From an uncultured Alphaproteobacteria bacterium (GTDB lineage: Bacteria; Pseudomonadota; Alphaproteobacteria; RF32; CAG-239): a DNA stretch of 64,000 nucleotides. Below the pieces are notes generated by a model. That model was not told the DNA's origin and did no database searches. It saw only the letters and a program-made list of their open reading frames with translations. This document shows positions 59,326 through 64,000 of the stretch, one piece after another. The stretch's first letter is position 1. Each line of letters begins with the position of its first letter. The translations under genes and the position numbers were made by a program. The DNA is taken from the NCBI GenBank assembly GCA_944390265.1, contig CALXPK010000024.1, positions 11,183 through 75,182 on the forward strand, given 5' to 3'.

Positions 59326-60123
59326 ATGACAAATATTCACCCGACAGCTGTTATTGAAGATGGTGCTCAAATTGCCGCAAGTGCAAAAATCGGCCCTTTG
59401 TGCTGGATTAGTTCTCGAGCCAAAATCGGCGAAAACGTGCAACTTTTGGGTCGCGTTACCGTGATGGGCAATACCACCATCGGTGAAGGCACAATCGTTT
59501 TCCCCGGAGCTGTGTTGGGTGCCGGTCCGCAAGACCATGGTAATGAATTCAAAGAAGAAGCAAAACTCATTATCGGTAAACGTAATATCATCAGAGAAAA
59601 CGTGACCATGCATGCCGGAACTCCGAAAGAGCATTTTACAACCACGGTTGGTGATGACGGTATGTTTATGATTAACTCTCACATTGCTCATGACTGCGTG
59701 GTCGGCAATGGTGTGATTATGACCAACAATGCCGTTATCGGCGGTCACGTTCGTTTGGGTGATGGCGTTATCTTGGGTGGTAACTCAGCCGTTCACCAAT
59801 TCTGCCGTATCGGTCGCAAGGCCATGGTCGGCGGTTTGTCCGGTGTTGACCGCGATGTTATTCCGTTTGGTATTGTAACCGGTGACAGAGGCAAACTCCG
59901 CGGCTTGAACGTGGTTGGTTTGAAACGCAGCGGTTATGATGAACATACCATCAAATCCATTTCTCATGCTTTTATGTTCTTGTTCAAAGGCAAAGAAGGC
60001 ACTTTTGATGAGCGCTTGGCTCAAGCTAAAGAAAAGTTCAAAGACAATGAAATGGTTATGGAGCAATTGAAGTTCATTGATGAAGGACTTGAAGGCAGAC
60101 GCAAAATTATGATGGCTGACTAA
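59326..60123 (+). CDS. lpxA: UDP-N-acetylglucosamine O-acyltransferase
   Basis: MTNIHPTAVIEDGAQI hexapeptide repeats; 265 aa. Confidence 0.95.
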   Translation: MTNIHPTAVIEDGAQIAASAKIGPLCWISSRAKIGENVQLLGRVTVMGNTTIGEGTIVFPGAVLGAGPQDHGNEFKEEAKLIIGKRNIIRENVTMHAGTPKEHFTTTVGDDGMFMINSHIAHDCVVGNGVIMTNNAVIGGHVRLGDGVILGGNSAVHQFCRIGRKAMVGGLSGVDRDVIPFGIVTGDRGKLRGLNVVGLKRSGYDEHTIKSISHAFMFLFKGKEGTFDERLAQAKEKFKDNEMVMEQLKFIDEGLEGRRKIMMAD

Positions 60124-60226
60124 TTTGCCATAAGTTTTTATGTGATAACCGGCAAGGTTTTGCTTGAAAAAGTGGGCTTTGCCGGTTATTGTGATTTTAA
60201 GATAAACCAAAAAAGGATTTTGTTTG

Positions 60227-61081
60227 ATGTTTGAGCGCAAACTCGGTATTGTGGCCGGCGGCGGCGATATTCCCCAAATGTTGATTGAACATTGTCAACA
60301 ACAAAAACGTGATTTTTTTGTTTTGGCAATTGAGGGCAATGCCGATGAACATTTGGTTGATGATACCATTCCGCACGCGTGGATACGTTTGGGACAGGCC
60401 GGCAGCGGTTTTAAGCGCCTGAAAGATGAAAACGTGCAAGACGTGGTGATGATCGGCACCATCAAACGCCCGAGCTTCAAAGAGCTGGTGCCGGATTTGC
60501 GCACCACGGCTTTTTTTGCCAAAATCGGTATGAAATCATTGGGCGATGACGGCATTTTGCGTGCCGTGGTCAAAGAGTTTGAGCATGACGGTATGGTGGT
60601 GCGCGGAATCCACGAAGTGATGCCTGATTTGCTGGTTAAATCCGGCGTGTTGACCAAACATAAACCTGATAAAAAAGCGCTTGCCGATATTAAACGCGGT
60701 GTGGAAGTGGGCTTGGAGCTCGGCCGCTTGGATGTCGGACAATCGGTTGTTGTGCAACAAGGCTTGGTCTTGGGTGTGGAAGGCATTGAAGGAACCGACA
60801 AGCTCATCATTCGTTGCGGTGAATATAAACGCAAAGGTGAGGGCGGGGTTTTGGTCAAACTCAGAAAACCGCAACAAGATATGCGTATCGACTTGCCGAC
60901 GATTGGTATCCGGACCTTGCAAAATGCCAAAAATTCCGGTCTGCGCGGGGTGGCCGTCCATGCCGGCAATGCTTTGATTGTGGATGAAAAAAATGTGGTC
61001 GATTATGCCAACAAAGAAGGGCTGTTTATTATCGGAATCAATCCTGCCGATTATGTGAATGATGAGGGAGGAGAAAATTAA
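60227..61081 (+). CDS. lpxI: UDP-2,3-diacylglucosamine pyrophosphatase LpxI (DUF1009)
   Basis: LGIVAGGGDIPQML N-terminus; positioned between lpxA and lpxB as in alphaproteobacteria. Confidence 0.85.
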   Translation: MFERKLGIVAGGGDIPQMLIEHCQQQKRDFFVLAIEGNADEHLVDDTIPHAWIRLGQAGSGFKRLKDENVQDVVMIGTIKRPSFKELVPDLRTTAFFAKIGMKSLGDDGILRAVVKEFEHDGMVVRGIHEVMPDLLVKSGVLTKHKPDKKALADIKRGVEVGLELGRLDVGQSVVVQQGLVLGVEGIEGTDKLIIRCGEYKRKGEGGVLVKLRKPQQDMRIDLPTIGIRTLQNAKNSGLRGVAVHAGNALIVDEKNVVDYANKEGLFIIGINPADYVNDEGGEN

Positions 61082-62235
61082 TGAAAGTTTATTTGATTGC
61101 CGGAGAACCTTCGGGAGATTTATTGGGCTCACGTTTGATGCGTGCCATGCGCAAAAAAGACAAAAATGTTGAATTTTTCGGCGTGGGCGGAGATACGATG
61201 GAAGCCGAAGGTTTGCATTCGCTTTATGATATTTCCGATTTGGCCGTGATGGGCTTGACCGAGGTTATTCCAAGTATTCCGAAAATTTTGAAACATATCA
61301 AAGAAACCATTACCGACATTCAAAAAGTGCAGCCGGATGTGGTAGTAACCATTGATTCTTGGAGCTTTTCTTCTCGCATTCATAAGGCCTTGCGTAAGCT
61401 CAAAACAGGCATTCCGCAAGTGCATTATGTGGCGCCGCAAGTTTGGGCTTGGAAGAAAAAAAGAGCGCGCACCATGTATAAATATATTGATTGTTTGCTC
61501 ACACTTTTTCCCTATGAGCCAAAATATTTTACTCCTTACAAGCTTGATGCACGTTTTGTCGGGCATCCGGTGATTGAAAGCGAGGCGATTACGGCCAGCG
61601 GTGAGGCATTCCGCAAAAAATTCAATATTCCGGAAAGCAAAACCGTTATCACCATCTTGCCGGGGTCGCGCAAGAATGAGGTTTCGCGCCTTTTGCCGGT
61701 GTTTATGGAAGCTGCGGAAGAGCTGCACCAAGCTAATCAAGATTTTTATTTTGTTTTGCCAACCGTCAAAACCGTGGCTGATATGGTCAAAACTGAACTT
61801 AAAAATTATGAGCTTCCGGTGTTGGTGGTGGAAAATCAGCAAGATCGGTATGGGGCTTTTCGCGCCAGTTCGGCGGCCATTGCCGCTTCCGGTACGGTGG
61901 CTTTGGAATTGGCCATTTGCGATATTCCACATATTATTGCCTATAAAGTGGCGCCGTTAACCGCATTTTTGGCAAAAAGATTTTTGCATATTCAGTTTGT
62001 TAATCTTTCTAACATTTTGCTGGGGCGTGAGATTATTCCCGAGCTCCTTCAAGAGCGTTGTGTGAAGGGCAATATTCGTTCTTATATTTTGGAACTTTTA
62101 CGTCAGGGAGATTTGTATCATCGGCAGATGGACGGCTTTGTCAAGGTCCGCAAAATTTTAGGACAGGGCGAGCAAACCCCAAGCCAAAATGCCGCCGATA
62201 TCATTTTTGAGCTTATCAAAAACAAAAAAATGTAA
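61081..62235 (+). CDS. lpxB: Lipid-A-disaccharide synthase
   Basis: MKVYLIAGEPSGDLLGSRLMRAM N-terminus; 384 aa. Confidence 0.95.
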   Translation: MKVYLIAGEPSGDLLGSRLMRAMRKKDKNVEFFGVGGDTMEAEGLHSLYDISDLAVMGLTEVIPSIPKILKHIKETITDIQKVQPDVVVTIDSWSFSSRIHKALRKLKTGIPQVHYVAPQVWAWKKKRARTMYKYIDCLLTLFPYEPKYFTPYKLDARFVGHPVIESEAITASGEAFRKKFNIPESKTVITILPGSRKNEVSRLLPVFMEAAEELHQANQDFYFVLPTVKTVADMVKTELKNYELPVLVVENQQDRYGAFRASSAAIAASGTVALELAICDIPHIIAYKVAPLTAFLAKRFLHIQFVNLSNILLGREIIPELLQERCVKGNIRSYILELLRQGDLYHRQMDGFVKVRKILGQGEQTPSQNAADIIFELIKNKKM

Positions 62236-62459
62236 AAATTTGCTTGCAATTTAAGTTTTATGGTTATAGTCTGCTTCCACAATGTTATGTTTCTGGCTAT
62301 AATTATAAAACTTTCCGCACGTGAGTGTCGATTTTTTATGGTACGTTTATTGTACTTTATGTCTTTATAGTAAAAAAAGTTTTAACATGGTAGAAAACCG
62401 CCGTTGTGAAACGCTGGTTTTCTTTTTTTCTTTGCTGATGTCTTAAACTTTATATATAT

Positions 62460-62759
62460 ATGGAAAAAATTGACTTACAAAAGGTTGCCTCAATGATTGA
62501 CGGGGTAATCATTCGCGGTTGTTTGAATTATCAAATTAAAGGTATTACGGCGTTGGATTCGGCAAAAGCAAATGAGCTTTGTTTTTTGCGTAACGGTTTT
62601 GAAGCGCATCATCTTTCACCTGATGTGTGCGCCGTTGTTACCTTGCAAGAGTTGGGCCCGTATCTGAAAAGATATAATGTTCAAAACATTATTGTTGTTT
62701 CTGATATCAATGCGGCCGCAAAAAAATTGGAAAATGAGTTCACTCGTTTGAATTCATAA
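62460..62759 (+). pseudogene. lpxD: Fragment corresponding to the N-terminal (non-hexapeptide) domain of LpxD, ending where the beta-helix should begin
   Basis: LQKVASMIDGVIIRGCLNYQIKGITALDSAKANELCFLRN...CAVVT parallels the LpxD N-terminal domain; ORF stops at 99 aa and is followed by a terminator. Confidence 0.45.
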
Positions 62760-62769
62760 AATTATAAAA

Positions 62770-62812
62770 AAAATCCGTTACGTTCTGTTTGAACCTAACG
62801 GACTTTTTTTTA
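62770..62812. terminator. Bidirectional terminator
   Basis: tccgttacgttc...gaacctaacgga with A and T flanks. Confidence 0.55.
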
Positions 62813-63151
62813 TTTGCATTTTGAACAATGATAATTGCCGGGCTGAACCGCTATCGGACAATCTTTTAAGCTGAGGTCATAGCCCGGAGCACAAGGACTT
62901 TGTTCGCATTTGCGATATTCGGCGCAATTGGCCGCCTCGCAAGTCAAAAGCTCAAAACCTTCCGGACAATCGGTGACGGAAGAACTATATCCCGGACACA
63001 TTTGCAAACACATTTGATTTTCGGCGCTGCCGCTTCCGATGGCTTTGCCGAATTCATCAACCTTGCGGGCGGTGTTTTGAGCCAGTGCATTGTTGAGACC
63101 GCTCAAAAGCCCAAAACTCAAGGCTATGCTTAAAAAGAATATTTTTTTCAT
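62810..63151 (-). CDS. Small secreted cysteine-rich protein (113 aa, 12 Cys)
   Basis: Signal peptide MKKIFFLSIALSFGLLSGLNNALA; CPEGFELLTCEAANCAEYRKCEQSPCAPGY. Confidence 0.55.
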   Translation of the reverse strand: MKKIFFLSIALSFGLLSGLNNALAQNTARKVDEFGKAIGSGSAENQMCLQMCPGYSSSVTDCPEGFELLTCEAANCAEYRKCEQSPCAPGYDLSLKDCPIAVQPGNYHCSKCK

Positions 63152-63249
63152 CTTGTTGCTTCCTGTTTTTTTACTTTAATTTCTTTTATTTTAGTGGAAT
63201 AAAGATTAAATTTTTGCAAATATGCTAAAAATATTTTAGATTATCTTCC

Positions 63250-64000
63250 ATGATGAATAAGATTTTTGAATATATCAAAGCACAATTTGACGGAGAGCAA
63301 AATCGGTGGTTTTTGTGGATGCCGGTTTTGTTTGGTTTGGGTATTGCGCTTTATTTTCAACTGCCTGATGAGATTTCCATTTGGTGGACTTTGGGTATTT
63401 TGGAAACGCTTATCTTCCTTGCCATTTTGTTGCGGCATCATATCAAAGTTCTTATTTTTTTGATGATTGTCGGCGTGACGGTGCTCGGCTTTGCCAATAT
63501 TCAACTTAAAGCGACTTATCTCAACAAACAAAAAGAAATCAAAACACCGGAGCTGACCTATATCAGCGGGGTGATTAGCAAAATTGACTATAATTATCGC
63601 GGTTTTCAGCGCTTTTTGCTCAAAGATACTTCCAATTTTGAAGAGAATCGGAGCTTTGGCACGGTTAAAGTCAGCACCCGCATGAAGCAAAGCCACTTTA
63701 AGGTGGGGCAATGTGTGGAAATGGCGGCAAATTTGATGCCGGCGGGTAAGCCGGTGATTATCGGCGGGTATCAGTTTGACCGCAAAGCCTATTTTGAAGA
63801 GATTGATGCCAATGGTTTTGCCATGAGCTCGGTTTATGAAATTGATTGCAAAACCAAACCGAGTTTTGCCGAAAAATTTACTTTCTATATTGATGAGTTG
63901 CGGGCTAAAATCATCAACCATATTCGCAGCATCCTTCCTGCGGACGAAGCTTCAATTGCCGCGGCGATTGTGGCCGGAGAGCAGGGTGTTATCAGCCGCA
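63250..64000 (+). CDS. comEC: ComEC/Rec2-like competence membrane protein, N-terminal part (3'-partial)
   Basis: N-terminal TM helices followed by a DUF4131-like OB region; frame stays open to the window end. Confidence 0.6.
   Translation, partial: MMNKIFEYIKAQFDGEQNRWFLWMPVLFGLGIALYFQLPDEISIWWTLGILETLIFLAILLRHHIKVLIFLMIVGVTVLGFANIQLKATYLNKQKEIKTPELTYISGVISKIDYNYRGFQRFLLKDTSNFEENRSFGTVKVSTRMKQSHFKVGQCVEMAANLMPAGKPVIIGGYQFDRKAYFEEIDANGFAMSSVYEIDCKTKPSFAEKFTFYIDELRAKIINHIRSILPADEASIAAAIVAGEQGVISR

Overview
The window reads as an AT-rich (about 40% GC by eye) alphaproteobacterial chromosome segment. Evidence for that lineage is the ccrM (GANTC methylase) and rnhB pair, lpxA-lpxI-lpxB (LpxI in place of LpxH) and a flgB-flgC-fliE operon. 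Core housekeeping genes are clear: trxB, greA, yqeY-dnaG-rpoD, rlmE, rsmB, nagA/nagB and eptA. Scattered among them are accessory segments: (1) a mini-island between two tRNA genes that encodes an autotransporter whose whole passenger is a eukaryote-like ubiquitin domain; (2) a low-GC glycan-biosynthesis locus (ugd, uronate epimerase, DUF616 GT, FkbM methyltransferase, two tandem GT8 paralogs, an ATP-grasp/DUF362 fusion) with an embedded nickel-pincer-cofactor set (larB, larC, larE plus a Ni transporter) and no LarA in the window; (3) a pyruvoyl arginine decarboxylase next to a frameshifted amino-acid antiporter; (4) a tRNA-Met-linked prophage remnant (tail fiber, tail-fiber assembly, DUF1353) followed by a four-gene GtrA/GtrB/YdjC-deacetylase/ArnT-like surface-glycan or lipid A aminosugar modification cassette; (5) a metallothionein-like/SIMPL fusion protein, two small Cys-rich secreted proteins, and a roughly 150-300 bp intergenic repeat family present twice. 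Several conserved genes carry single lesions: an in-frame TAA inside rpoD and inside larC, an A17 tract in larC, a C4/G4 frameshift in the antiporter, an lpxD N-terminal fragment, and duplicated tRNA 3' ends at both tRNA-CAU loci. Together these suggest either draft-quality sequence or ongoing gene decay or recoding.
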